Positions 56,819 through 64,000 of a DNA stretch of 64,000 nt are shown one piece after another. The position numbers and the translations under genes are program-made. The stretch is from Bacteroidales bacterium (lineage in GTDB: Bacteria; Bacteroidota; Bacteroidia; Bacteroidales; UBA4181): assembly GCA_031551645.1 (NCBI GenBank), contig JAVBNI010000001.1, positions 10,902 through 74,901 of the forward strand, written 5' to 3'. The notes beneath the pieces are model-generated. The model was not told the DNA's origin and did no database searches. It worked only from the letters and a program-made list of their open reading frames with translations. Positions within the stretch are counted from its first letter, which is position 1. Every line of letters begins with the position of its first letter.

Positions 56819-57970
56819 ACTGACTGTTACCCGTTTCAATCTCCGTTTAATGTTGGCATTCACCACGTAATAATCGATCAGCGGTGCGAAGGTATTCATC
56901 AGCAGGATGGACAACATCATGCCTTCGGGATAACTCGGGTTAAGTACGCGAATTAATACTGCGATAAAACCGATCAGGAATCCGTAAATTATTTTACCCG
57001 TAGCGGTATGCGAACCCGAAACCGGATCGGTAGCCATAAACACGGCGCCGAATGCAAAGCCTCCCATTACTAAGTGGTAGTATGGCGGCAATGCCATGTA
57101 ATCGTTTATCGCCACAAGGTTCAACAGGAAACCAACGCCCAGTGCACCAAGTACACACGAGAACATTATCTTCCAACTGCCGATACCTGTGTATATCAAT
57201 ATTACCGCGCCAAGCAGAATGGCCAGTGTCGATGTTTCGCCAATGGAACCGGGAATAAAACCGAAAAACATATCACCCACCGATGGTAATTTGCTGAACT
57301 CGCCGGCTGTGGCATGCGCCAGCGGCGTAGCGCCCGAAGCCGCGTCAATCAACGGCTGTTTGCCAATACCGGCAATCCACACCTTGTCGCCCGAAATGTG
57401 CGACGGGTAGGCGAAGAACACGAAAGCCCGCGCCAGCAGCGCCGGATTAAAGATGTTCATTCCTGTACCGCCAAACACTTCTTTGCCGATGATAACCGCA
57501 AAAGCGGTGGCCAGCGCCACCATCCAGAGGGGAACGCCCACCGGCATAATCAACGGAATCAACATACCGGTTACCAGAAAACCTTCGTTTACCTCGTGTC
57601 CGCGGATTTGCGCCGCAATAAATTCAATGCCCAATCCCGTAACATACGACACTATAATAATAGGAAGTACTTTTAAAAAGCCGAACCAGAACATTTCCCC
57701 AAAACCCATGGCTGCACCGAATGCATGTGCATGCTGATAGCCCACATTCCACATACCGAACAGCAGGGCCGGAAGCAAAGCCACAATCACCACGGTCATT
57801 GTGCGCTTCAGGTCAATGCTGTCGTGGATGTGCGTGCCCGACTTTGAAGTTGTGTTAGGCACAAACACAAAAGTCTCGAACGCATCGAACGTCGAATGCA
57901 GGAAGCCAAGCTTACCGCCCTTTTCAAAAGGAGGTTTGATTTTATCTATAATCGTTCTTAAAAAATTCAT
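56813..57970 (-). CDS. nqrB: Na+-NQR subunit B
   Basis: 385 aa and polytopic. The conserved FMN-site region reads AVFMATDPVSGSHT. Confidence 0.95.
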   Translation of the reverse strand: MNFLRTIIDKIKPPFEKGGKLGFLHSTFDAFETFVFVPNTTSKSGTHIHDSIDLKRTMTVVIVALLPALLFGMWNVGYQHAHAFGAAMGFGEMFWFGFLKVLPIIIVSYVTGLGIEFIAAQIRGHEVNEGFLVTGMLIPLIMPVGVPLWMVALATAFAVIIGKEVFGGTGMNIFNPALLARAFVFFAYPSHISGDKVWIAGIGKQPLIDAASGATPLAHATAGEFSKLPSVGDMFFGFIPGSIGETSTLAILLGAVILIYTGIGSWKIMFSCVLGALGVGFLLNLVAINDYMALPPYYHLVMGGFAFGAVFMATDPVSGSHTATGKIIYGFLIGFIAVLIRVLNPSYPEGMMLSILLMNTFAPLIDYYVVNANIKRRLKRVTVSN

Positions 57971-57972
57971 CG

Positions 57973-59322
57973 CTACATTTCTTTAATCATTAACTCAATT
58001 CCGTTGCGCAAAATTTCCTGCACTTTTATTTTCGAGGGGCAAATAAATTCGCACAATGCCAGGTCTTCTTCCGTCACTTCGTAAATGCCGAGCTGCTCCA
58101 TCTTGTCGATATCCTTTGCCAGTATGGCTTTCAGAAGGTAGGTCGGATAAATGTCCATCGGCAATACTTTTTCGTACTGCCCGTTCATTACAAATGCACG
58201 CTCGCCGCCGTTGAGGTTCGTGTCCAGTGTATACTCCTTGTCAGGCGCTATCCACGAAAGGTAGCTGCGCGAGAAACTGTATTTTTTCAACCGGAGCGGA
58301 TTGGCCCACCCGAAAAATTCGTAATGGTTACCTTCGGGAATTATGCTGAGCGCATTATCGTAAAAACCCAGGTGTCCTTGTGCCCCAATGTTTACGCCGG
58401 TTAGCACATTGCCACTGATGTAGCGTGGGTTATTCGTAGTGTCAATAAATTCGGACACACACGAAATGCCAGCCCCTGCAATCATACGGAAGTAACGCGG
58501 TTTTTTTACTTCGGAACCAACCAATGCAACGACTTTCGATACATCATAAATCCCTTTAAGGAAAAGCCGTCCCAGCGATACGATATGTTGCGGATCAATC
58601 GTCCACACCACTTCCCCTTTATTTATAGGGTCGATATGATGTATTTGTACGCCTACATTTCCGGCAGGGTGGGGGCCAACGAAGGTATTCGTTTCAAACC
58701 CTTTTGCCTTGCGGAAAATGCTTGTAGCAGCCACTTCGTTGTTCAAGCCTAAATATATTTTAGGACTCAATTTGCGCAGTACATCTATTCCTTTTTGGAA
58801 TGCTTCGCCCTCGCCGGTCAACACAAAATCCATGTCGGGCGCAAGCGGTGCACTGTCGAAGCCCGATATAAAAATTGCTTTCGGCATGTCTGCCGGATTT
58901 GCTACAATGCTGTAGGGGCGCTGCTTGATGAACGGCCATACCCCGGCGGTAAGCATCAGTGCCATCACCTCGTTGCGGCTCATGGTTCCCAGCTCGCCCA
59001 CGGTATGCTGGAAATACTCCTGTTGTGCGGCAGGCGCCACTTCAATGGCGAGCAGTTTGCGCTTGTCGCCGCGCACCACGGCGCTCACCGTGCCGCTCAC
59101 CGGCGATACATATTGCACCTCGGGGCGGTATTTATCCACAAAAAGCGGCGAACCGGCCAATACCGTATCGCCCTCTTTGACCACCGGCTTCGGCACCAAC
59201 TGGTGGAAGTCCATAGGTTTTACCGCATAGTTGGCTACTGCGCCGGTTTTCGAGAGCACTTTTTCGGCCCGTCCCTTTAGCGAAATATCAAGCCCCTTGC
59301 GGATTTTAAAGACTTTTGACAT
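57973..59322 (-). CDS. nqrA: Na+-NQR subunit A
   Basis: 449 aa and soluble, with a typical N-terminus (FKIRKGLDISLKGRAE). It is the first gene of the operon. Confidence 0.95.
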   Translation of the reverse strand: MSKVFKIRKGLDISLKGRAEKVLSKTGAVANYAVKPMDFHQLVPKPVVKEGDTVLAGSPLFVDKYRPEVQYVSPVSGTVSAVVRGDKRKLLAIEVAPAAQQEYFQHTVGELGTMSRNEVMALMLTAGVWPFIKQRPYSIVANPADMPKAIFISGFDSAPLAPDMDFVLTGEGEAFQKGIDVLRKLSPKIYLGLNNEVAATSIFRKAKGFETNTFVGPHPAGNVGVQIHHIDPINKGEVVWTIDPQHIVSLGRLFLKGIYDVSKVVALVGSEVKKPRYFRMIAGAGISCVSEFIDTTNNPRYISGNVLTGVNIGAQGHLGFYDNALSIIPEGNHYEFFGWANPLRLKKYSFSRSYLSWIAPDKEYTLDTNLNGGERAFVMNGQYEKVLPMDIYPTYLLKAILAKDIDKMEQLGIYEVTEEDLALCEFICPSKIKVQEILRNGIELMIKEM

Positions 59323-59359
59323 AGAGAAATGTTTAGTTTCCTAATTAAAACAGAATTTG

Positions 59360-59367
59360 CAAAGATA
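59360..59367 (-). promoter_or_regulatory. Bacteroidota -7 promoter box (TAnnTTTG on the minus strand)
   Basis: The plus strand reads CAAAGATA, i.e. TATCTTTG on the minus strand. It lies 38 bp upstream of the nqrA ATG. Confidence 0.45.
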
Positions 59368-59558
59368 GCAAAATTTGAGGAATTACAAAGCTTCATATCT
59401 ACTGAAAAGATTTTCATGTGCCGATTTTTCTTAAATTTATATATTAAACGGTACCGATTTTTTAGATTATTTGTAAGTTAGAAAAATAGTGCTACATTTG
59501 TAAAATAATTATGCTCTTTACATAGTAGTTGAAAAGTACTTTTATTCAATTCAGAAAT

Positions 59559-59651
59559 CTCGTAAATTTCAAAATTCGTAAGGATAAAAGTGACTTCTGT
59601 ACTCCTAAATGGGAAACGCGGATGTTACTTATTACGAATTGGGTTTACGAG
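59559..59651. repeat. Long interrupted hairpin built on ACGAATT/TTACGAG motifs
   Basis: ctcgtaaa (59559-59566) pairs with tttacgag (59644-59651), and aattcgtaa (59573-59581) pairs with ttacgaatt (59632-59640). The loop is about 50 nt. Confidence 0.5.
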
Positions 59652-59752
59652 AACCTCTGAATTTATAGGTACTGCCGCGTTTATATTTTTGAGGTAATCT
59701 ATAATAAATAATGCAAAACGGCAGTAGTTGCAAAAATGCAGCAGGGGTTTCT

Positions 59753-59787
59753 AATTGACGATTGACAAATGACAATTGATAATTGGC
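59753..59787 (+). repeat. Tandem heptamer array (AATTGAN-type x5)
   Basis: The array reads aattgac gattgac aaatgac aattgat aattggc. Confidence 0.7.
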
Positions 59788-59931
59788 GCAAAACGTACGA
59801 GTGGAGGTGGACGATTTTCCGCCCGAATAGAAAATAAAAAGAGAAATGGTTAACGGATAGTAGCCCGTAGGGCATTAACAAGAACAGTAGTAGCAGCGGG
59901 AACCGGTAAAAAGGTTTGTGTTTGTTGTAAC

Positions 59932-59970
59932 ACAGATTTCGCAGATTGAGAACAGATTTCACAGATGAGT
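59932..59970 (+). repeat. Adjacent direct repeat ACAGATTTCNCAGATNGAG x2
   Basis: The two copies are acagatttcgcagattgag and acagatttcacagatgag. Confidence 0.6.
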
Positions 59971-60074
59971 ATGCGGAAAATGTGGATAAAAAAACCGGCT
60001 CCCAAAGCTACACCATTATAAACTAAAAATTTAGTTAAAAAAATATACAGTTAATAAATGAATACGTTACGCAG

Positions 60075-60206
60075 GAGATGTCTCCACTTCGTGTTTGGCA
60101 AAAATTCCGCCAAACGCCCCGGTCGACATAACGGTTGACCTGATGGAAAGACAAGAGCCGTCATGTCGACCGGAACGAGCGGCAGCGAGTGAAGTGGAGA
60201 CATCTC
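60075..60206. repeat. 132-bp nested inverted repeat with three-way-junction topology (candidate structured RNA or MITE)
   Basis: The outer 16-bp perfect stem is gagatgtctccacttc (60075-60090) with gaagtggagacatctc (60191-60206). Inner hairpin 1 is gtttggc...gccaaac (60093-60115). Inner stem 2 is cggtcgacat (60120-60129) with atgtcgaccg (60163-60172), extended by acgg/ccgt. The element ends 45 bp upstream of the ATG at 60251. Confidence 0.65.
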
Positions 60207-60250
60207 GCCCCAGGCACTAAAATAGAACAACAACTAAAAAACTAATTGAT

Positions 60251-61309
60251 ATGCAAAAAATCTACTTTATCGTAATTATGCTGCTAAGCGTTATGGCAAA
60301 TGCTCAACAGCGCACGTTTACCAAATCGGTTCGTACGGACTATGCCACCAAACAAGTAACGTTCAACATTTCGTGGGCAGCGGGAAGCCGTGGTGTGTCG
60401 GGCGAAAATACTTACAATTCTAAAGTATGGGTGCTGGTCGATTATCAAGAAATACGCGGTGGCGTACCTTATGGTAGTTGGCAACGTGCAACTATGGACT
60501 TAACCAAATTGCCAACCGATTGTACAGCCGACGGAGCTAACACGAAAGGGTGTTGGTATCAAGGACAGGCAACGGCAGCACAAAATGCAAGTATAACCGT
60601 TACACTTACAAATGTACCTGCACAATTCAGATGGTGTGCTTTTGCCAGCGATTGTCCGCCGCAAATGATTGTAAATTCCGCTACAAATATTCAACTGAAA
60701 GGAACATCGCCTTTTACTATTAAATACGCCGATAATACAACCGATATTGTTACTGTTAAAACCTATTCTTTGCGGACAGGGAAGACGCTTGTTTCAATCA
60801 GTGATACAACAAAGGCTCCCGGCGTTATTCAGTGCTTGACAAGAGACCAGATTGCTATTAACAACTATTGCTGCAGCGGGCAAACCCTTGTGAATGGCTA
60901 CTGCCGAGATTTGATAGCTGATCAAGCAACTGTGATGAGTTGCAACAGCACCGAACTGGAAATAAAATTGACTGATCCTGGTGTTAAGACATGGGATAGT
61001 TATCAGTGCCCCAACGGTTGGCGGCTACCAAAAAACACAGAGTTAAACTGTATGTGGACTAATAGAACCGCGTTATCTCTAAAATATGACCACGGTTACT
61101 GGGGGAGTGAACAAAGCGGATGGACAAATCCTACTAACTATACTTACAGTTGTCACTGGCCTCATGGCGGCGACTGTTCCAGTGCAAATGCCCATATATG
61201 GTTGCAAACATTCCCAACAGATGAGTGTGGAGGCGCTTACCGTTATCAAGGTTATTTGAGCTTATGGTGTAATAATCAAAAAGATGGTTACCACCGCTGC
61301 TTACGGTAA
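60251..61309 (+). CDS. Secreted Cys-rich protein with a C-terminal GWRLP-type (DUF1566/FISUMP-like) domain
   Basis: 352 aa with a signal peptide (LLSVMANAQQ) and many Cys residues. The C-terminal motif is CPNGWRLPKNTELNCMW...GYWGSEQ. Confidence 0.55.
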   Translation: MQKIYFIVIMLLSVMANAQQRTFTKSVRTDYATKQVTFNISWAAGSRGVSGENTYNSKVWVLVDYQEIRGGVPYGSWQRATMDLTKLPTDCTADGANTKGCWYQGQATAAQNASITVTLTNVPAQFRWCAFASDCPPQMIVNSATNIQLKGTSPFTIKYADNTTDIVTVKTYSLRTGKTLVSISDTTKAPGVIQCLTRDQIAINNYCCSGQTLVNGYCRDLIADQATVMSCNSTELEIKLTDPGVKTWDSYQCPNGWRLPKNTELNCMWTNRTALSLKYDHGYWGSEQSGWTNPTNYTYSCHWPHGGDCSSANAHIWLQTFPTDECGGAYRYQGYLSLWCNNQKDGYHRCLR

Positions 61310-61408
61310 AGCATAGTTATACAGGGAGTGATTTAGTTTCTTCTTTGTTCGCTCAATTTATTTTTCAACAAAAACGCATATTGTTAAAAACGCCCCGTTT
61401 TTTTGTTG

Positions 61409-61416
61409 TATTTTTG
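61409..61416 (+). promoter_or_regulatory. Bacteroidota -7 promoter box (TAnnTTTG)
   Basis: TATTTTTG lies 19 bp upstream of the helicase ATG. Confidence 0.4.
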
Positions 61417-61434
61417 TCCTCCTAATTTTTAGAG

Positions 61435-63741
61435 ATGACAGATTTTTTAAAAGAATTGAGTGAGGTGCAGCGCGAGGCCGTGGTAAATTATCAAGGCCCC
61501 GCGCTCATTATTGCCGGCGCGGGTTCGGGCAAAACGCGCGTGCTCACCTACCGTATTGCTTATACCCTACAACAGGGCGTGCGGCCGCAGCAGGTGCTGG
61601 CGCTCACATTTACCAACAAAGCCGCCAAAGAAATGAAAGAACGTATCGGCGCGTTGATTGGCGAACAGTCGGCGCGGCGGTTGTGGATGGGCACGTTCCA
61701 CTCCATCTTTGCACGCATTTTGCGCAGCGAGGCCGAGCGGCTGGGCTACCCGTCGTCGTTCACTATTTACGACAGCGCCGACAGCAAAAGCTTGCTTAAA
61801 GCCTGCATCAAGGAATTGCAGCTGGACGATAAAGTGTACAAGCCCGGTGCGGTGCATGCCCGCATTTCGATGGCGAAAAATAATTTGATCCGCGCCAAGG
61901 AATATGCTGTCAATGTGCAAATCACTGCCGCTGATGCGGCTTCGCGCATGCCGCGCATTGCCGATATCTATGCACTTTACGAACGTAAGTGCAAGCTGGC
62001 CGGTTCCATGGATTTCGACGACTTGTTGTTGAATACAAATATTTTGTTTCGCGACCATCCCGAAGCATTGGCGCACTACGCCTCGCTGTTTCAATACATT
62101 TTGGTGGACGAGTATCAGGACACGAATTATGCGCAGTACTTGATTGTGAAAAAACTGGCCATGAACCACCGCAACATTTGCGTGGTGGGCGACGATGCAC
62201 AAAGTATTTATTCGTTTCGCGGCGCGCGTATCGAAAATATTCTGAATTTCCGCAACGACTATCCCGACTACAAGGAATACCGCCTTGAGCAGAACTACCG
62301 CTCTACGCAAACAATTGTGAATGCCGCCAACAACCTCATTGAAAAGAACAGCCGCCAGCTGAAGAAAAAATGTTTTTCGCGTGGCGAGAATGGCGAACCC
62401 ATTGGCGTGCTCAATGCCTTTACCGACCAGGAAGAAGGATTCCTCGTGGCTTCGTCGATTGCCGAAACGGTATACAACCACCGGGTGCCGTTCAACGAGT
62501 TTGCGATTCTTTACCGTACCAATGCACAGTCGCGCGCATTCGAAGAAGCGTTGCGCAAAAAAAATATCCCGTACAAAATTTACGGAGGCATGTCGTTTTA
62601 CCAACGCGCCGAAGTCAAAGACTTGCTGGCGTATTTGCGACTCATCGTGAACCCTAACGACGACGAGGCGTTCAAGCGGGCGGTACAAGTACCTTCGCGT
62701 GGAATAGGCGCCACCACTATTGATAAGCTGCAAGCCGCGGCTGCCGAGGCCGGCAAAAGCATGTACGACGCATTCCGTACACTACCGCTTGAAACTATCG
62801 GCCTGCGTGCCCCTGCACCGCAGAAACTGCAAGCCTTTTGCGAGTTGATTGCCGAATTGGCATCGTTGCAATTTGCGGTAGATGCGCACGAACTGGCTAC
62901 CGAAGTGGCCAGGCGGTCGGGCTATATTGCCGAGCTCAACTCGGTGAAAAGTGTCGAGAATATCACGCGCTTGGAATATGTCGAAGAATTGTTGAACAGC
63001 ATTAAGGAATTTTGCGACGACACGGAAAACAACAACCCCGACGACGAAAGCCAGTTGGTAACCATCCGCCAGTACTTGGAAAATGTGGCATTGCTTACCG
63101 ACATGGATAATGATAAGGAAGAAGACCGCAACAAAGTTACGATGATGACCGTGCATTCGGCCAAGGGCTTGGAGTTTTCATACGTGTATATTACCGGCAT
63201 GGAAGAAACGCTGTTTCCCGGCAGCATGGCCAGCTATTCCGGAGAAGAGCTGGAAGAAGAGCGCCGCCTGTTCTATGTGGCGATAACCCGTGCCAAGTGC
63301 AAAGTTACCGTGTCGTTTGCACAAACGCGCTACCGCTGGGGCGACCTGGTGTCTAACCGCCCCAGCCGTTTCCTCTCGGAGATTGAAGAATCGTATTTCG
63401 AAAAGCCGATATTCAGCGAAGCTGCTGTTAGCAACGTATTCAACGGTGCTGCCGGCGATGGCGAGAGTGGCCCGCCGCGGATAATTGAACGAAAAATTTC
63501 TGCACGGCCTGCACTGAAACCGAAACCAACGGTGGTTCCGCGCCCTGCTGCCAACTTTGTGCCCGACTCGCCCGCCGATTTACTTGCAGGCATGACCATT
63601 GAACACGACCGCTTTGGCATGGGTGTTATTGAAAGCATCGACGGCATTGGCTCAAATACCAAAGCAGTAGTTAATTTCCACGATTTTGGTAAAAAGACAC
63701 TGGTAATGGCTTACGCAAAAGTCCGAATAGTAAAACAGTAA
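61435..63741 (+). CDS. uvrD: UvrD/PcrA/Rep-family ATP-dependent DNA helicase
   Basis: 768 aa. Motifs are Walker A AGAGSGKTRVLT, motif II ILVDEYQDTN, VGDDAQSIYSFRGA, QNYRST and VHSAKGLEF. Confidence 0.9.
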   Translation: MTDFLKELSEVQREAVVNYQGPALIIAGAGSGKTRVLTYRIAYTLQQGVRPQQVLALTFTNKAAKEMKERIGALIGEQSARRLWMGTFHSIFARILRSEAERLGYPSSFTIYDSADSKSLLKACIKELQLDDKVYKPGAVHARISMAKNNLIRAKEYAVNVQITAADAASRMPRIADIYALYERKCKLAGSMDFDDLLLNTNILFRDHPEALAHYASLFQYILVDEYQDTNYAQYLIVKKLAMNHRNICVVGDDAQSIYSFRGARIENILNFRNDYPDYKEYRLEQNYRSTQTIVNAANNLIEKNSRQLKKKCFSRGENGEPIGVLNAFTDQEEGFLVASSIAETVYNHRVPFNEFAILYRTNAQSRAFEEALRKKNIPYKIYGGMSFYQRAEVKDLLAYLRLIVNPNDDEAFKRAVQVPSRGIGATTIDKLQAAAAEAGKSMYDAFRTLPLETIGLRAPAPQKLQAFCELIAELASLQFAVDAHELATEVARRSGYIAELNSVKSVENITRLEYVEELLNSIKEFCDDTENNNPDDESQLVTIRQYLENVALLTDMDNDKEEDRNKVTMMTVHSAKGLEFSYVYITGMEETLFPGSMASYSGEELEEERRLFYVAITRAKCKVTVSFAQTRYRWGDLVSNRPSRFLSEIEESYFEKPIFSEAAVSNVFNGAAGDGESGPPRIIERKISARPALKPKPTVVPRPAANFVPDSPADLLAGMTIEHDRFGMGVIESIDGIGSNTKAVVNFHDFGKKTLVMAYAKVRIVKQ

Positions 63742-63848
63742 CCACGAATTACACGAATTGACACTAATCAGAGTACACATTGGGGCACTAAACGGAAATT
63801 GCACGAATTATATTTGTTTGGCAAATACAAAATTCGGGTAATTCGTGG
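63742..63848. terminator. Long inverted repeat filling the convergent intergenic gap (candidate bidirectional terminator)
   Basis: ccacgaattacacgaatt (63742-63759) and aattcgggtaattcgtgg (63831-63848) are complementary at 17 of 18 positions. An inner hairpin tatttg-tttgg-caaata and an extra cacgaatt copy (63802-63809) are present. The element starts directly after the uvrD stop codon. Confidence 0.5.
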
Positions 63849-63859
63849 CTAACCTGTTC

Positions 63860-64000
63860 TCATGTTTTTTCTTCACGAACTTTGACATAGATTTCTTCGC
63901 TACGCCACAGCCCGTGCTTGTTGCAATAGGCAAGGGCCATCAGGTGCATGCTCACTTGCGGCATAATTGTGAAATCGGCGGTTATCTGCACCGGCTCTTT
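63860..64000 (-). CDS. 3' end of an unidentified gene (partial; continues beyond the window end)
   Basis: My minus-strand translation, in frame from position 64000, gives KEPVQITADFTIMPQVSMHLMALAYCNKHGLWRSEEIYVKVREEKT*, with the stop codon TGA at 63860-63862. No family recognised. Confidence 0.45.
   Translation of the reverse strand, partial: KEPVQITADFTIMPQVSMHLMALAYCNKHGLWRSEEIYVKVREEKT

Noticed and set aside
58795-59280. Overlapping plus-strand ORFs (161, 101 and 73 aa) antisense to nqrA
   Set aside because: These have the same cause as the uvrD antisense ORF. Their products are Arg/His/Ala-rich with no motifs, and nqrA on the minus strand is unambiguous.
59699-59962. 87-aa minus-strand ORF upstream of nqrA
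   Set aside because: The product is a hydrophobic, low-complexity peptide (FYRFPLLLLFLLMPYGLL...) that spans the heptamer array and the direct repeats. It is probably repeat-derived, though a small membrane peptide cannot be excluded without expression data.
60131-60162. CTGATGG...GAAAG inside the nested element, reminiscent of a hammerhead ribozyme core
   Set aside because: There is no stem II between the CUGAUGA-like and GAAA boxes, the sequence is CUGAUGG rather than CUGAUGA, and no cleavage-site context is present. I regard it as coincidental.
61567-62733. 388-aa ORF on the minus strand, entirely antisense to the UvrD helicase gene
   Set aside because: The plus-strand frame carries all the canonical helicase motifs. 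The antisense product is a low-complexity Arg/Val/His-rich sequence with no recognisable motif. Long stop-free antisense frames are expected in GC-rich, GC3-biased genes.
1-64000. Search for tRNA, rRNA, tmRNA, RNase P, SRP RNA, riboswitches, cas genes, integrases and phage genes
   Set aside because: Reading the intergenic regions, I saw no T-arm (GGTTCGAAT-like) or acceptor pattern, no rRNA-like conserved blocks, and no recombinase or phage ORFs apart from the about 33-codon IS1595 fragment. A covariance-model scan would be needed to exclude small RNAs.

Overview
The window looks like a chromosomal segment of a Bacteroidota (Bacteroidales-like) genome. This rests on a SusC/SusD pair with FecR and an ECF sigma factor, T9SS components, the Na+-NQR operon, and TAnnTTTG -7 promoter boxes. 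I call 47 protein-coding genes, two of them truncated by the window edges. I found no rRNA, tRNA or CRISPR array. Contents from left to right: (1) a trans-envelope-signalling PUL (ECF sigma, FecR, STN-SusC, SusD) plus a GH38 alpha-mannosidase and a second, divergent ECF sigma; (2) housekeeping genes dusB, lpxD, an SDR and a FabK/NMO-like reductase, with a large soluble PAS/GAF histidine kinase; (3) a five-gene T9SS-linked operon of three tandem uncharacterised paralogues, a type-B-CTD cargo and PorP/SprF, preceded on the same strand by a beta-propeller/Y_Y_Y sensor fused to a PP2C (SpoIIE) phosphatase and an unknown secreted protein; (4) tilS, an S41 peptidase/DUF4270/OMP operon, a Kelch-like lipoprotein and pyrC; (5) a SiaB/SiaC-like partner-switching pair transcribed divergently from a TerB-ABCG-type fused transporter with two small secreted proteins; (6) tadA, an MBL hydrolase, a MATE exporter, DUF1460 and a YgjP-like peptidase; (7) nqrABCDEF, interrupted between nqrB and nqrC by a co-oriented HepT/MntA toxin-antitoxin pair; (8) a Cys-rich secreted protein and a UvrD/PcrA helicase. 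The intergenic DNA is unusually structured. It holds tandem AATTGAN heptamer arrays at eight or more loci, several 130-240 bp nested inverted-repeat elements, a conserved bulged hairpin in transcript-sense orientation at two loci, a 41-bp-phased array of GAATT palindromes, and an identical 16-bp palindrome upstream of both the GH38 gene and the ECF sigma pair. My best candidates for something undescribed are the T9SS paralogue operon with its PP2C sensor, the SiaB/SiaC pair with no obvious output, and the TA module embedded in nqr. All family calls come from motif recognition by eye. No database search or computation was run.
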